Notes under the pieces: generated by a model
The model's input: only the letters and a program-made list of their open reading frames with translations
Told to the model about the DNA's origin: nothing
Database searches by the model: none
Source: Phallusia mammillata
Lineage: Eukaryota
Length of the DNA: 64,000 nucleotides
Reading direction: 5' to 3'
Assembly: GCA_965637545.1 (NCBI GenBank)
Contig: OZ281496.1
Location: 22,320,001 to 22,384,000, forward strand
In this document: in pieces, positions 13,101 to 26,480 of the stretch
How the letters are laid out: each line of letters starts with the position of its first letter
Numbering within the stretch: position 1 is the first letter of the stretch
Position numbers and translations under genes: made by a program

Positions 13101-16100
13101 GTACTTATTTCAAACAAAATAAAAACGATTATTCCGTTTTTATAAATTCGGGTTATCTCGTTGTACGTTGCTACTCTGCTTTGTCAAGAAGCGTCACGCC
13201 GCTGTGACCGAGCGTATCAAATACGCCGCTTAAAAGACAATAAATTCCGGGCCAGTGACAGTGTGAGAAACCTAGCTCGTCACGCTAACTCTTGCCTTGT
13301 TTCCTAGCGCATGTTTTTTTTTGTAATGCGTTTTGTTTTGAATTCATTCATTCGATGGTACATCCAAGGCCTAGTCGTTTGCCAATCCAGAAATCTCATT
13401 TATTTTACCGGTCGCTTGAAAGTTAAAAGCAACAGAAATCGGTGTTTCAATTCATGCTGTATTTACAACCAAAAAATAATAGGCTGTTTGGAAGGTATTG
13501 GTTTGATACTAAATGTACTGATTTTAGCAAATTTTAATATGAATAACTCTAAACCATTGGGGCGGGAATTAAAAATATCCAAAACTCTCATAAAATTGTT
13601 TGCAAAAATGTTTACGTTATTGTCCAAAGCTGTTTTACCAGTGTCGCTTTAACCGTATTGCTACAACCGATATTTTCTGTTAAACGAATAAGGTACAGTT
13701 TAGGCTTACGGTGTTTCATGTCGCCCATTTTGTCAAAGTAAGGTGTGGTGTTGTCCACCCCAAAGTTCGCTGTTGATAGGTAAACGAATTTTGTCACTGC
13801 ATTGGCACGTTTTATGTCACGCGACGGATTGACAACGTTTCGGACACCAATAAATGCGAAGTGCTGTTAAAGCTACTCAAGTGCAGTTAAACTTTACCGC
13901 ACTGGGACATTACTAGGCTTGTGGCTTTAATAAAGTAATAACAAATTGGCTGCTATGTTTCCTAATCAGGAGAGCGAAAATGGAGCAATGTTATTTCAAG
14001 TGTTTCTATGTTGGAATTGTTGTCCGAGTCAAGTAAAATCTTATTTGTCTTTTTTCTGCTTCAAATTTATATTCTTTGTCTTAAAAAATGGTAAACGGTT
14101 TAAAAATCCAATCGTGTTTTCCGCTTTATATTTGTCTGGCAGTTGTGTAAAGTCGTGTCGCAGCAATTGTTACTAGCCAAATATGCAATTCGTTTTGGTT
14201 ACACACTGGTTGTAAAAATAGCCTGTACCACGAAATGCTTACACTTAAAAAATGAGTTACATATAAGCGGGGTTGCCATCGACTTGAAACCAAAAATAAG
14301 GACAACCGAAAAATTAAATTTTTATGCGAAACGAAACAAATGTTTTTGAACAAATCTTGGCATTTATACGAGCCATGACATAATATTTGCAATATATTTG
14401 GAAAGAAACAATCTGTTTCAGCAACTGGTTGTTCGTAGAAAATACTAAGTGCATCTCACAACAGGTCGGTACTAGGTTTACTTCTACTTGTAGCAGGAAT
14501 TTGACTATAGCAATTGTTGAAAATAAGACAAAATAAGGACTACAGTCAAAAATAAGGACATTTCTTAGAAATAAGGACAATGAACTTTTCTAAGACATGG
14601 CCCTTCAAAATAAGGACAAATCTTAGAAATAAGGACGGTATGGCAACCCTGCATATAGGTATTTCCGTTTGTAATTGCTGTTCATGACATACGTGCCTCT
14701 TACGAGTGGGACAGGCCTGTTTGCGTTCGTAGCCGTGACTTTTTTGTTGATGAAGCAAAAATGTCTCCGTAAAATTCAGATGTAATCTCACCACATTGAG
14801 CTAACAGGTGACGGTAACACGTCTATTGGACAGTGATTCATTTTGAAATGATAATATCTAAACCTAAGGATCACCTGTTTGATTGTCAACAGTGTTGTTG
14901 TACTTTATAAGTCACGATTTGCCCATGTCCATCACCAATTATCTGTGTAAATGTCATTCAAAAGTCGGAGTAATACAAGAGTTAATGTTGTCATAATTTC
15001 TTATGTGAAGATGTTACACGTTTTGATTTTTCTTTAAAAAACCACTAGTCTTTAAAAACCCAGTAAACAAGTAAACAATTGACAATAAAATTGTTCATGG
15101 GACAAAATGTTGTAGCCATATAACTATAGATTGAATTTGTACCGATTTACCAAATTCGTGAGGGCAAAAAGCGACTCGTGGTGAATAGGTAGTCGATCGG
15201 CTATTAACGAAATTTTAATTAAATCCGTTTTATAGTTTTACCCGAAACTCCAAGCAGTGACATTTACTAGCTGGGGCAATACAATTTCCCGAACATGCAA
15301 TACATGTCGACTGTTACCCATTTTATCCCTATATCCTGACGTTCGCACGTGTTGTCGAAATGTTTTAATCCCAGCAATAAGGTTCGCAGAATGTCGTTCA
15401 TAAGAAAGTCGTCTGATTATACGTCACGAAACGCATGCCGAACGGCGTATTGGTCCCAAATCCGCTTTACGCGTTTTAAGCAAAATGGACGACTAGTTTC
15501 CATGGACCCACTGATGCTTAAACACTGGTGACTTTTTGCGTAAATCACAAAATCTTGTATTTGTTTTCATTTGCAAGTAAAGTTTGTATAATCGAGACTT
15601 TTTGCTGGGTTTTACGTTTGTCTGGGTTTGTATGACTCAAGGCCAGTGGAATGATTGGCAGTTTTTTTGCTGAAGCTTATGGGTTTATGATAAACTTTTA
15701 AAATGGAGGCGCTAATGACCCTACATTTGGGGCAAAACAGTTATTACCATTATTCATGGGCTTGGTCGACTTTGCGAGACTCCTGAGTAAAACGTTGTGT
15801 TGTATGGCTACACATATATTTTTGCAACGGTTGTTAAAAAACTTAAGTGGTATAAAAAGCTTGTTGCATTCACAAACAATTTCTGCAGCCTACTGAGTGC
15901 TAAAGCCGCAATAGATTTGTCAACAAGCCATGAAACCTTATCCATATCTGATAATTATTATTGGCAAAAGTGGTGTTTAACCGACATTTTCAGTAAAAAT
16001 GGAACATGCTGTTGATTGTGTTATAATTTTAAACAACAGTGAACACCTTCTTAATGCAAGTGACGACTTTAATTTGATTTGGTGACAAATATTCTCGGTG

Positions 16101-17228
16101 TATTTTTTCCCATTTCGGCAATTTGGCCCGAAGACAATGTATCTTCAACATTTTACCAAAACTTAACCCTATTTTAAATTTCGAGTTGTTCATCGTGCAA
16201 CAGAGTAATAGATATTGTAACAAGACAATACCAAGCACAATCTCACACACACACTGATGCCATTTCTACCATGGAATATTTCGTAATGTAGTGTTATCAT
16301 TATACTTTGCAGGTTTATCCCAAAATCATAAAAAAGGTAGACAATATATTTTGTTAAGAGTATAATTGTACTTACTTCGATTCTCAGAGCTTTTCTTTCC
16401 AAGTTTCTTTTCTCGCATCCAGGGAAAGTCACTCCCCAAATCTTCAGCGATTGCCGGGTCTTTGCGATCTCCGGAGTATTGCACATATTGTCCAGGACCC
16501 CCGGCAAACATATGTGGGGCAGCATGCATAGGTCGTTGGCTGTACCCTTGAACATGGTGATTCATGTACGCAGAATTAGTGTAAATATCTTGCGGTGTTT
16601 GCGCATCTGAATGGTAGTACTCTGTGCCGCTTGTTTTTGCATGAGGATAAAGGGTTCCTGTAGCGGGGTAAGAAGTTCCATATGCATTGTTTTCTGGACC
16701 AGGTGTACAATAGCCTTGCATATGACCACCGTTGTGTCTCGTCAGATTGTCGTATTCTGCTTTTTGTCTGTCGATCGCCATTGCATCGTCCATCTCAAGT
16801 CCACTATGTAGTCTTGCAATGCTTTCGTGCTGGTATCCGTTGTGCCGATAGTCTTTCATTACACCGTCGTGCGACCCGCACACGCCAGGCAAACCTACAG
16901 TATTCTGCGAAAAATTGTATCCACTTTTCCCGCCGATGGGTCTTGGTATTCCCGATATCGGAGCACAGACGATCGGCATTGTTCCCCGTGGTAAAGTCGG
17001 ACTGCAGTTAGCACTTCGTTGAGAGTTGTTGCTGTTGATCGAGTCCGCTAAACGGTCTTCACTGATAGTATTACATTCGTAAGCACACTGCGTTGAATGG
17101 TTGGGGGCGGGCGGCGATGGCTTTGCGTAGGCTTTGTCTGTTGAAGAGCTCTCCGGCAGTATGTTGAAGCATTCGGCGAATGTTGGTTCGCTGTTGATGA
17201 TAAAGCCTGTTTCATCCAGCGTCGACAT
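2390..17228 (-). CDS. Hox2: Homeobox protein Hox2 (PG2), spliced CDS join(17228..16376,4872..4725,4145..2390), 918 aa
   Basis: N-terminal [21 protein letters not shown] resembles the PG2 E.GFINSQP..AEC motif. Hexapeptide DFPWM at about 16416-16430. Homeodomain [59 protein letters not shown]. Exons of 853+148+1756 nt total 2757 nt, with GT-AG introns in phases 1 and 2 and TGA at 2390-2392. Confidence 0.95.
4725..4872 (-). CDS. Hox2: Hox2 coding exon 2 (homeodomain helices 1-2), missed by the ORF track
   Basis: Acceptor ttttgcgcag|GA. Translates (R)[14 protein letters not shown]...LDLTE(R). Donor AG|gtaa. Confidence 0.95.
9273..9490. repeat. Two tandem copies of a ~109-110 bp unit inside the HINE
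   Basis: CTTGTGACGTCATAAG...CGCCCCCTAGTGGTC...TTTGGGTCA starts at 9273 and again at 9382. Confidence 0.9.
9526..10010. repeat. About four tandem copies of a 128-bp unit inside the HINE (last copy degenerate)
   Basis: Units CCCC...ACCCCACTAGCCCCCTAAAA...TTGTGTTAAA.CCTGTAG start at 9526, 9654, 9782 and 9911. Confidence 0.9.
14268..14651. mobile_element. hAT (Tip100-like) MITE in Hox2 intron 1
   Basis: Termini CGGGGTTGCCAT / ATGGCAACCCTG. 8-bp flanks CATATAAG / CATATAGG match 7/8. Several subterminal AAATAAGGAC motifs. Confidence 0.8.
16376..17228 (-). CDS. Hox2: Hox2 coding exon 1 (N-terminus and hexapeptide)
   Basis: ATG at 17228-17226. The ORF track start at 17306 is a GTG. Ends CGA A|gtaag (phase 1). 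Confidence 0.9.
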
Positions 17229-17419
17229 TTCACACTGATTCGTCCGCGCAGCAGATTGTGTACTGGTGAGGTCGTTTGGCCGCAGCGTCCGGCAGGTTGC
17301 AATCACAATAAATAACGCCCCCGATGTAGACTAGGGCAGTCTATATAACCCTGCGACTCATAAGAAAGGTAAACACACAAAGGTACGCGCAGAAAACAGC
17401 CCCACGGGAGAAAGGGACT

Positions 17420-17880
17420 AGCAAAACTGCATGGTCGTGCGACTGGGGCGCGATAGGATCTGTGCGCAGTAAGTGAGGTATCGTGTACTTTCGTAGACTC
17501 CGTGAGTATCCGCCATTTTGTTTCGCAACCTTGACTTTGACCTTGAAAGCACGACACGTCCACACATCCGCTGCGGGTTTAGATAATGCCCTGTGAAAAC
17601 AAATGCTTGTTCATTAACATTGCGTATATGAACAGGCTCCGGAGAAAAAACATGTTTCTGTGCTCGCTGAAGATTTCTATCGCTCACTTTATTGCGTTGG
17701 GGTTCGCCCTCGCGAAATCCTCGCCGCTCGACTGCTGAGTGAGTGATTAATAGCGCGGAGGCGGCGCGAGAAGTTGCTTGCAATTGTGGCGTGTCACGTT
17801 TAAGCGTCGCGCCACTTTACGTCGCGCTGTCCATCGCTTCGAACGGGCCTGCAAGCTGAGCTGAAGTCGTGACAGGCAAA
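17420..17880 (-). promoter_or_regulatory. Putative Hox2 proximal promoter region
   Basis: CpG-rich. YY1-type AAAATGGCGG (about 17510-17519), TCAAGGTCA (17538-17546), TGATTAAT (17744-17751) and TGACAG (17870-17875). Confidence 0.4.
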
Positions 17881-18570
17881 GGAAAACAAAAACAAAATCC
17901 CCGCGCGGCTGGCGATTTCCTAAATCATTTGCATCGTGGAAGACTTTGTGGCTCTACGCCCGCTGTTTAATTATCTTTTGCTTCCAAATTTGGAACGAAC
18001 CAACGTTTGTCTTTGCTTGCTTGTTTTTACACGTGCCAATCACAAGCCAACGCACATTCCTTTTTCACGTTAAATTTTCCTTTTATGGGAGCACACTACC
18101 AGACATGTTTTGGCTTTCACTAATTTGGCGTAAAGTTAATAAACTGTTTTGAACTCTCGAAAATTTTGTAAACTCATTGACCCGGTAAGTTAGTCGAGTT
18201 CATTTTTGCTCGAAATTTGCTTTAATAAGTCTCTTTTTTGCGAAGAGTCGGTTAGTTTTATTCATTATTTTCAGGTTTGTCGATTTTTCTTCTCACAGTA
18301 ATGAGAACCAAGTACCCTAAACTTTTCAATTTTAGTATTTGAGTGATCTTACATGCCCAAATTGACAACAAAGCCATTTCAACTTAAAAAAAGGAAACAA
18401 AAAACTTAATAAATCTTGAAACTTTGCGAAAGAAAAACGAATCCACAGTATTTGTTAAACCTACTCTAATTGCTTTAAGAGCTATATCATTTTCTAGTTT
18501 AGTTTAACTTTCCTGTATATTTTTCTTTATAATTTGGAACGCGTTACACGGATTTGTTCGTAAGTGTAAT

Positions 18571-18633
18571 GACGAATAAAGCGACATGCTTGTTTATTCA
18601 AACGGCAAATGCTCGTGCCATCATCAGTGATAT
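18571..18633 (-). repeat. Degenerate copy of the PLE/hammerhead repeat, 5-nt deletion removing GAAA
   Basis: Aligns to 26507-26574. Keeps CTGATGA and stem II but lacks plus-strand TTTCG. Confidence 0.75.
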
Positions 18634-19116
18634 TATAATTGTTTTGAACCGTTCGGATTAGAAAAGGCAACATGTGTACTATATGCAAAAATGCTGCGCA
18701 ATGTATGGTTCAAAAATATATTTTTTTGTAAAATGCTAACCAACCGTTTGTCCCTATTGACTCAAGTTAAATTCAACCGCCGCAAGCAATATAACTTCCA
18801 TGTTATGCGGCCCGAAAGGGTTATCTTTGTCATTGCAATTACAAAACTCGTTGGCAAACGCAACCAGACTTACGTCTGCCAGTGGGGCCAAATCTAATTT
18901 CCAGCGTTATGAGACGTAAGTTTGACGAATGACAATTGGATGACGCTTAAGTTGCATTGAAAGAGTTTGGGAAGCGATACCAGGGCCTCGGGATGACGAG
19001 TCATTCTGTTGGAAAGTGCAGCCAGCGAACAAAGTTGAAACAATATTGTAATTTGCTTTTTGATTGTAACGATTTTCTCATTATAAGTACAATTTGACCG
19101 CAGCTTGAAGCTCTCT

Positions 19117-19130
19117 TGACCCCGTGAACT
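19117..19130 (-). promoter_or_regulatory. Consensus DR2 RARE candidate upstream of Hox2
   Basis: AGTTCA cg GGGTCA on the minus strand, about 1.9 kb 5' of the Hox2 ATG. Confidence 0.42.
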
Positions 19131-20827
19131 TTAATTTAAATTACATTTTGTTGGTAATAACTTTACCACCCTTATACACTCTTACATTACAAGCAATGCT
19201 TGTAAGCTTAATCGACGTTTTTACTTAACTTTTGCGACAACTAAACTTTTTGTTAATTTATATTTTTCAATTTCGCTTCTCTTCTACACATTCTACAATG
19301 TGATGCTGCAGCCTTCTACATTTTTTACGTTTATGCGTTTTAAACACTGGGTAGAATAAACGCGTATATACGTATTGATTTGCACTGTGAAATAGACGCG
19401 GTCGAATATAGTGTTATATTTTTGTCAGCGGTCGTTAAATTGGATCACTTCCTCATATCATTACCTTTGCAAAATAATTATTAGGTGACGTACCACTGCG
19501 TCACCTAACTAACCTTTGTCAACAAGTCACGATAATCACTTTGTTTTATTATCTTTGTTTTTTTTACCCAATTTTAAACATTTCGATTTTTTTATCTGCC
19601 GATTGCAAATATGACACCTATGAACCTTTTTTAACCAGCAAAGTATTATGTTGATAAATCGAAATAGGTGTAGTTTTTTTTCCTTTATTTCTTTTGCAAT
19701 TTTTCAACGCAATAAAATTTTCACAGACAATTTTAAAAAATATACTTGGTTTCTTTTCACAAAAAAAATCTTCTAACAAACAACCTACGTTACACGCAAT
19801 ATCACCGCTGGATATGACGACATTTTTCCGGCAGTTTTCGCCTAACCATCCATTACTGGGCCAGGTCTTTAATTTATTTTCATCTATTAAATGGATGTTT
19901 TTTAGTATTCTGGTAACAAGTCGTTGCTCCGCGTAGAACTTGCACGTATTGTAATTTTGCAGATGAGCTACTAATAAACAAATTCTAAATACCATGCCTT
20001 TTGTTTTGCATACAAACGCGCGCAGGCGCCATATTTCCGACCGGACATCGGTTAAAAGTCGTTTTCTGGTCTCTTATGATCGATCTGTGGACACCACGAG
20101 ACATCACACGCGTCAACAATCGATTTTTCTGTCGCGCCGTGTCCTACGCCCGATTTGATGGGGAGTTAAGCCATCCATCAACCCGCCACTCTCAACTGTG
20201 GACAACTGTAACTCGTCCTACGACTTTAACGGTCTGCAGAGCGTTTACCTGTTCTCTTTCCCTTTCCACTACAGCAGGCCCGATCTAGGCAGAAAAACTC
20301 ACCTTTTTGTGCTATTTTCCTTGTTCTTTATAGCACGAAATTTTTTAACAGCTGCCGTTGTAATACGGTGCAGGTTCAGCTACGGTGTGCAACCGTGTCT
20401 GTATAATGACCGACCATCGCATACCAAACGGTTTAATGCCGTATTTTTTAATTTTCTACCTACATTGGCTCTCCAAAACTAAGTTTGTTTTAAGCATATT
20501 TCGTAACTGTGACGATAAGTTTCTTCGCTCTAATTTTGTTCTCTGGAGCAAGCTGCAATTATGTCTCCTAAGCGTGCCCGTAATCCTCCTAAGCTAAAGC
20601 CGCTTTCGCCCCTAAACCTGTTAACACTCAGTCAAATGTGTGTATGTTGCGTCAACACTATAGTTGGGGACTGCCTCCTTTGCAAACTTTCAGATGCATC
20701 GACCGACTGTTACAGCAACCACCGTTAACCCCTTGAACGAGCACTTGTAACTCATGATGTGTCCCTGCTGGAGTTGTAATTTTTAGAGCTTATAGATTAT
20801 GAAGTTTGTGTCAACTACTGTTTAGGT

Positions 20828-21067
20828 CAGTGGTTCTCACATTGTGTGCCACGACACACTAGTGTGCGCGGAGAGATTTCAATGTGTACCACGAAATAAT
20901 CGCGATTTTAAAGTGCAAACACTCTTGTTGTGGCATGAATGACAACGTTTTACTTGTAAAAAACACTTCACTTTCTTCCAACAACTTTTGCGTCGTTGAC
21001 TTGCAAGGTGTGAAAAGAACATTTTGTTTGGTAATAAGCAACATGTTTGAAAAGTTTGGTACCACTG
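20828..21067. mobile_element. Older copy of the same hAT MITE family as 61793-62101
   Basis: Starts CAGTGGTTCTCA and ends ACCACTG. Shares internal blocks AGAGATTTC..GTGT..CG.GAAATA, AAGTGCAAACA and TTGGTAATAA. TSD has decayed. Confidence 0.7.
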
Positions 21068-22924
21068 GTAGGAGTTTAATCTACTGCTTCGCATTTTCCT
21101 TTAGGTATATATTTTGTGGAAATATAGTTCTAAGTAAAAAAATGCACAAATTATTTTTCGGTTTATTTGGGTATTTTTTTGTTAGTATATGACCTGTTGT
21201 TCCATTTGCAGAAAGTTTAACTTTTCATTGTTGTGTAAATCTTGGTGTTTCAGTGTATGCAGAAACCTGAAACGTGAAGGAGGAAACGGCGATAACGTGA
21301 GACTTGTTTCACGCACGATGCTGTTGCAATTAGGGAAATTTGAAACCTGAATGATGTTTCTTTAAATAACTTTAACCTATTGGCGCATGCAAAAAGCACC
21401 GTGCAATGATGAAAGTGTAAAAATTTAAACACTTACAAAGGTGTTTCTGTTCAACTGAACAATGTTATGTGTGTGAAACCTTTGGGGTTGCAAGTTCTAT
21501 AGCAATATTTTCGACTTGTGAGTATAAGGTTAAAGACGTATAGTTCTCTTTTAGTTGACCAGAGTAAGAATGACGTTTACTGACGTCATTTCATAAACGT
21601 TTCGCAAAAAAAATGTTTTTTTCGTTGATATTTTTCGGCATTGGTTCACAAAAGCGACTGATCGTAAGGTCCACTTGTCCAGCCTATCCAAAATCCCACG
21701 CTTAATTGGCCGGGTGGACAACACTTGAATTCTTCACAACAAGCAATAAAGCTTGGTTACAAGTGACTGCTGCTAACCCCAGCAGAAATGGTTGTGTCAC
21801 AAAATGACTGACACCTGTCACTCCGTCCACTACTTGTGCTTTGGTTTATTTTGCTTCCATAATCAATTAACCATGCTATTTACCTAAGACACAATCTATG
21901 AATTGTGCCTAATGGGATATGCTTAAGTACGATGACTTTTGTGTACTTTCGTTTGGTTGTTTTGCGGAAGGATTATACAGTAGTATCCTATATGAAATAA
22001 ATGTTAGTTGTTAAACTTTGAGAGTAGTAAAACTAATGGTTGGAGGTCATTAATCAAGTTTTGTCAGACTTACGTTGTGAAACCCATATGACGTTACGCT
22101 GTATGGGTTTGAAATCGCAATGTTATAACTTTGATAATTGGTATTAATGGATTTCAAGTAGGTCAAAGAGGGTTACAAATCACATATAGCAGATGTTGGT
22201 AATTGAATGTTGATAAGTACCCTTTTTCACTGTTTTCTACCATGTACTGTTACTTTGAGTGGTCGCCCTTCGTTTGGCATCGCTGTCGCGGAGAAATCAT
22301 GCCACATACGACATTTGGACCGCATAATTGCTCTTGATCCGATACTTCAAATTATTGTTTGTGTGTCAAAGTTGGATTAATCCTGTGGTGAAGTGATGTT
22401 TAAAGTGCCATATTGATTAGAAAGGCGGTCACTGTAAGGTCATGCAAGTTACTCAAATCAATTTGTTTGTACATGCTATCTACAAGCTATGAAAGCCAAG
22501 CTAAGCCACACACCCAACCAACGACGTTTATCTATAACAAAAATTTGCCAAAATCTTTTGCGACGTTAATTTATAGTTTAAGCTTTGGTCTTCCTTGTTT
22601 TCTTGTTTTCTTTCGGAGTCCAGCTCATAACGCGTTTTGGAGCTGATTCTGCTCAAGACATGTTCCGCAAGGGTAAATCTCCGTGCTAAGATGGTGCATA
22701 CAGAGGCTTTTTTGTTTATTAAGATGTCCTCAAATTGCAACATTTTCGGTAACTTCAACATCAAAACCGTATGTGCTTTTATTTTTTTGCAAATTTCTAT
22801 TTGAGCACATTTAAGTTTGTATGATTTAGGAATCACATACATCTTGTCACAACTCCTTAAATTTGAAGCGATGTCACGATCAGTTTTTCTTTTGTCCTTT
22901 TTTCATTTGTTAATTTTTGTTGAA

Positions 22925-22989
22925 GGCCGGTCCGCCAAAAAAATCAGTTTTAAAAACGGTCCGCAATAATAAAAGGTTGCCGACCTCTG
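22925..22989 (+). mobile_element. Probable right end of a truncated hAT MITE
   Basis: Paired GGTCCGC motifs and terminal AAAAGGTTGCCGACCTCTG, typical of hAT MITE ends. Left end not found. Confidence 0.4.
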
Positions 22990-25796
22990 GTTTCAGGTAT
23001 AGGTCACATATATTGCTTAACCTTTGGGCAGCAAAGTGATACCGCTGTATGGTATGAAAGCACAACATTCCAAAGCGTTCGACAGTATTAAGTGGATGTG
23101 ATAAGAAGCGACGAGCACAATGGAGTTGTTATGTTGATCGGGCAAAGTGGAGCTGTAATTTAACTACTTTATCGCTTTCTGGGAAGATTGTATGGCTTCA
23201 TATGCAAATACCAGAAGTGTCACAGACAAAATAAAAGCCCTTGGCTTTTCTGTTTCTGCTTTTCTCGGAGCGATTGATGGGATTTGGATTGTCCAAAATT
23301 TTACATAAAGGACAGTGTTAAAATCTTTTAACGTTAGTTGGTCTAAAATACACAATTGTTTTCATTGGATGTGCAACCAACAAGAAATAGACTGTCATTC
23401 GCAATTTTGCATTACCAATACCGTGCGAAGTTAAAAAGTTTGTAACATTTCATCGAGTGAAAACAAAGCTTGTAAAACTATTCTGCACATTTTACTTTGG
23501 GAGTGGTATCTACGTATTGGTAACAAACTGAAATTTACGACTTGTTTTCATTGCGATTGCACCTTTAAATATGTCAAGGCAAAACATTTTTCAAGTTGAT
23601 TCCGAAATAGCTAGTTCCGTTCAACTAGTGTACAATGAACATGTGCGTATCGTCCACTTATGTTTGGGTGTAACATTACGTTTTTATACATCTATTTTGA
23701 TCGATACTTTTTTCCTACATTTTTTTAGTCTTACTTCACAAATGTTGTGAAGGTGAATTTAAACTTGATGGAAGTACAACTAACTTTCGCTGAAAATTTA
23801 AACCGATTACCTACGACGTGGTGCGCTTGTTTATTGTCTAAATCTCTTAAAGCTCCATGTCATTCTGTGGCCAGTTTCGGCTTTGCTGTATGTTTGGCTC
23901 TGTTGCACCTTGTGTTGTTGGTGGTTTTACTCCGGCATTGGGACCATGAATTTTAATGAGTTATTCGTGTTTCGTCTGTTTATATTTTTTCCGATACTTG
24001 CTTATCGTGGTTGTTGTGGCCCAGAAAGTGTTTTACGCTGCAAATCGGAGCCCTTGTGTGCCCGCTTTGATACAATAACTCCCAGAACTTATGCAATGAA
24101 TATAAGGTTAAAAACGTTCGTATTTTTGTGACAGAAAGATTATTGGTGCTTACATCAGTTACTGTGTTTCAAAAGTAATCACTTTAATATTTGATTTTAC
24201 TTATACCGTTTTCTAAGTTCTAAAATTGGCATAATTTAAGTCTTTGTGCCCCGTTTTTTACAGGTATTTTGAAGCTTTTCTGTTTTGCATTTTGTTTGCA
24301 CATGAACTTTTCGCTTGCAATATTCGTGCGTTAAATTAATGGCATAATTTTAAAAGTAGGCTACAGTGTTTGATATTTTACAAGGTCATGCTCAAATTGC
24401 AAGCAGACCAAATTTTGATCATTTTGTAGCACTTAAAGCAGGACTAACGTGCAATCTTTGTGATGCGCAAAGAAAATTACCACATAGCGTTTAAAGGTTT
24501 CAAACTCACAGTTATTTTGTGGAATGCATTACACCTCTGCATACACTTACACGGATTGGCATCAGTGTTGCTGTAAGATAGCTATCACAGGATGGAACAC
24601 CTATTTTCCATATTTGACGTAAATTGACTCCCTTTGGTTTGAACTGGAACTTTTGTTATCGTGTTTTAGGATGTTCTTTAGCGTCATATCTTTGCTTGCA
24701 CCTCAGCGCGTGATCATGTAAACATTTTAGCAGATAAGTTTGCTTCTAGAGACAAGGGTGTATTGTGATAAAGGTGGTTTCAGATGGATTGATAGGGTAG
24801 TTGAAATTGGTCGCATGGTAGGTAGAGTGGTTATTGTATACGTACTTTACCCCAACCGATATGGGAACAAATAAGTGGTACAAGAGGTGAACTTCATTTC
24901 TGTATCTTTGTCGTCATCTGGCGGAAAAAATGTTACATACACAAAATAAACAGCCATAAAAATCTTTTTGAAAAATTTTGGCAATGAAATTGGATAAACT
25001 TTTGCATAAGTTCTCATTGTGATTTTATCTTGTTCTAAGAGTGTTTGAACTAAACAGTATTCGACCCTTTAACAGGCAGCATGGCCATCGACGATCACCG
25101 TTTATTTCGTTGCAAGGAAAATATTTTCCATTCTTTTTTTTTATGCTGTTGGCTATTATTCTCAGCAGTCTTGTACTAAACATACTAGCACCTTGTGACC
25201 GATTGTAACTACTTGTTTTGAAGTATGTGGCTTTTTGAAGTATGTGGCTTTTATGCGATATTAATTAAATCAATAAACTTACTATTAGTGTGAATCTACA
25301 TCCATACATTGGTGGTCAGACAAGTTATTTTTTGGCCAACTCGGTTAGAACATAAATCATGAATTAAATCATGAATTTTTGTAAACGTTGCTGTCGTCCA
25401 CACTAAATTTCAAGTTGAATTCTAGAGTGTATTTCTGGTCCTCACTAAAGCAAAAGTTTCTTTAAATAAATCTTATTGATCGTTGTGGATTACCTTATGC
25501 AGTAATAAAGGTTAATTATTTTCTGGTCTCAAAACTGTCTGTTTTTTTTCTGGCTCTAATGAATACTAAGCCACACACGTGCATGGCAGTGTAATAAAAA
25601 CAAATTTAATTTAAAAATTAAAATGTAAAAAAAGCGAATCACCTTGTTCCACTGTAAAATCAAACTAAAAAGAAGGATCAAGTAACTAGTTGGTCATTAG
25701 ATCTTAAATAAATGGTATAAATCTTCAATTAAAAATTTACGGTCTAATAGGCTATTGTCTCCATGAAGCTATGGGTGACTCGTCAACAATTTACTT

Positions 25797-26322
25797 CAGG
25801 GGTGGGGAACCTACTTAGTACTGCGGGCCGCATAAATTACACAAAATTTTCGGGCAAGCCAAATATTTTTATATTATCAAATTCCGTGTAAAAATACCCT
25901 AAGCACACAAGTGGTTTTATGTTTCATCGCTCCAGATTTGATTTTTTCAGGTTTTTCACTTATTTCGAGTTTGCCTATTTTTTCTGGAACACCCTAGCTC
26001 CATAATACCGATCTGCCTTTTTTCCCAAGAATGTATTTTAAATAGCAATATAAGGATCAACGCTAATAGCTCTAAAATCAATTGTAAACTAACACCACAT
26101 GGCAAATTATTTGTCTGTTACGTCACAAATATAGCAGGTGGTTGAAAGTGTGGCAATTTTTATAAGTTTGGCGTCATAATGTAGAATGGGGAGATTTCCA
26201 GTAACGTCGAAGTCATTTCCCCAAAAAAATGTTTTTACATAAACATCTTATTGTTTTTTTTAATAAAATGTTGACGGGGGCCACATTAAAAAGGCAAGCG
26301 GGCCGCAGGTTCCCCACCCCTG
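25797..26322. mobile_element. hAT MITE between Hox3 and Hox2
   Basis: Perfect 16-bp TIR CAGGGGTGGGGAACCT / AGGTTCCCCACCCCTG, subterminal GCGGGCCGCA at both ends, TSD ATTTACTT / ATTTATTT (7/8). Confidence 0.88.
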
Positions 26323-26480
26323 ATTTATTTCAAACAGAAAATACCGTTGGTCCACGATTCCACTTTTCAACATGAAACACTTTGCAATGTTTTGTAACAC
26401 TATAATAAACAAACAACTGCTTACATACTAGCACTACTTGTTTTGTGTTCTTATAATAATTGTGATGATTGATATAATCT

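Noticed and set aside
15186-15200. TAGGTAGT, the start of miR-196
   Set aside because: Diverges after 8 nt and has no hairpin.
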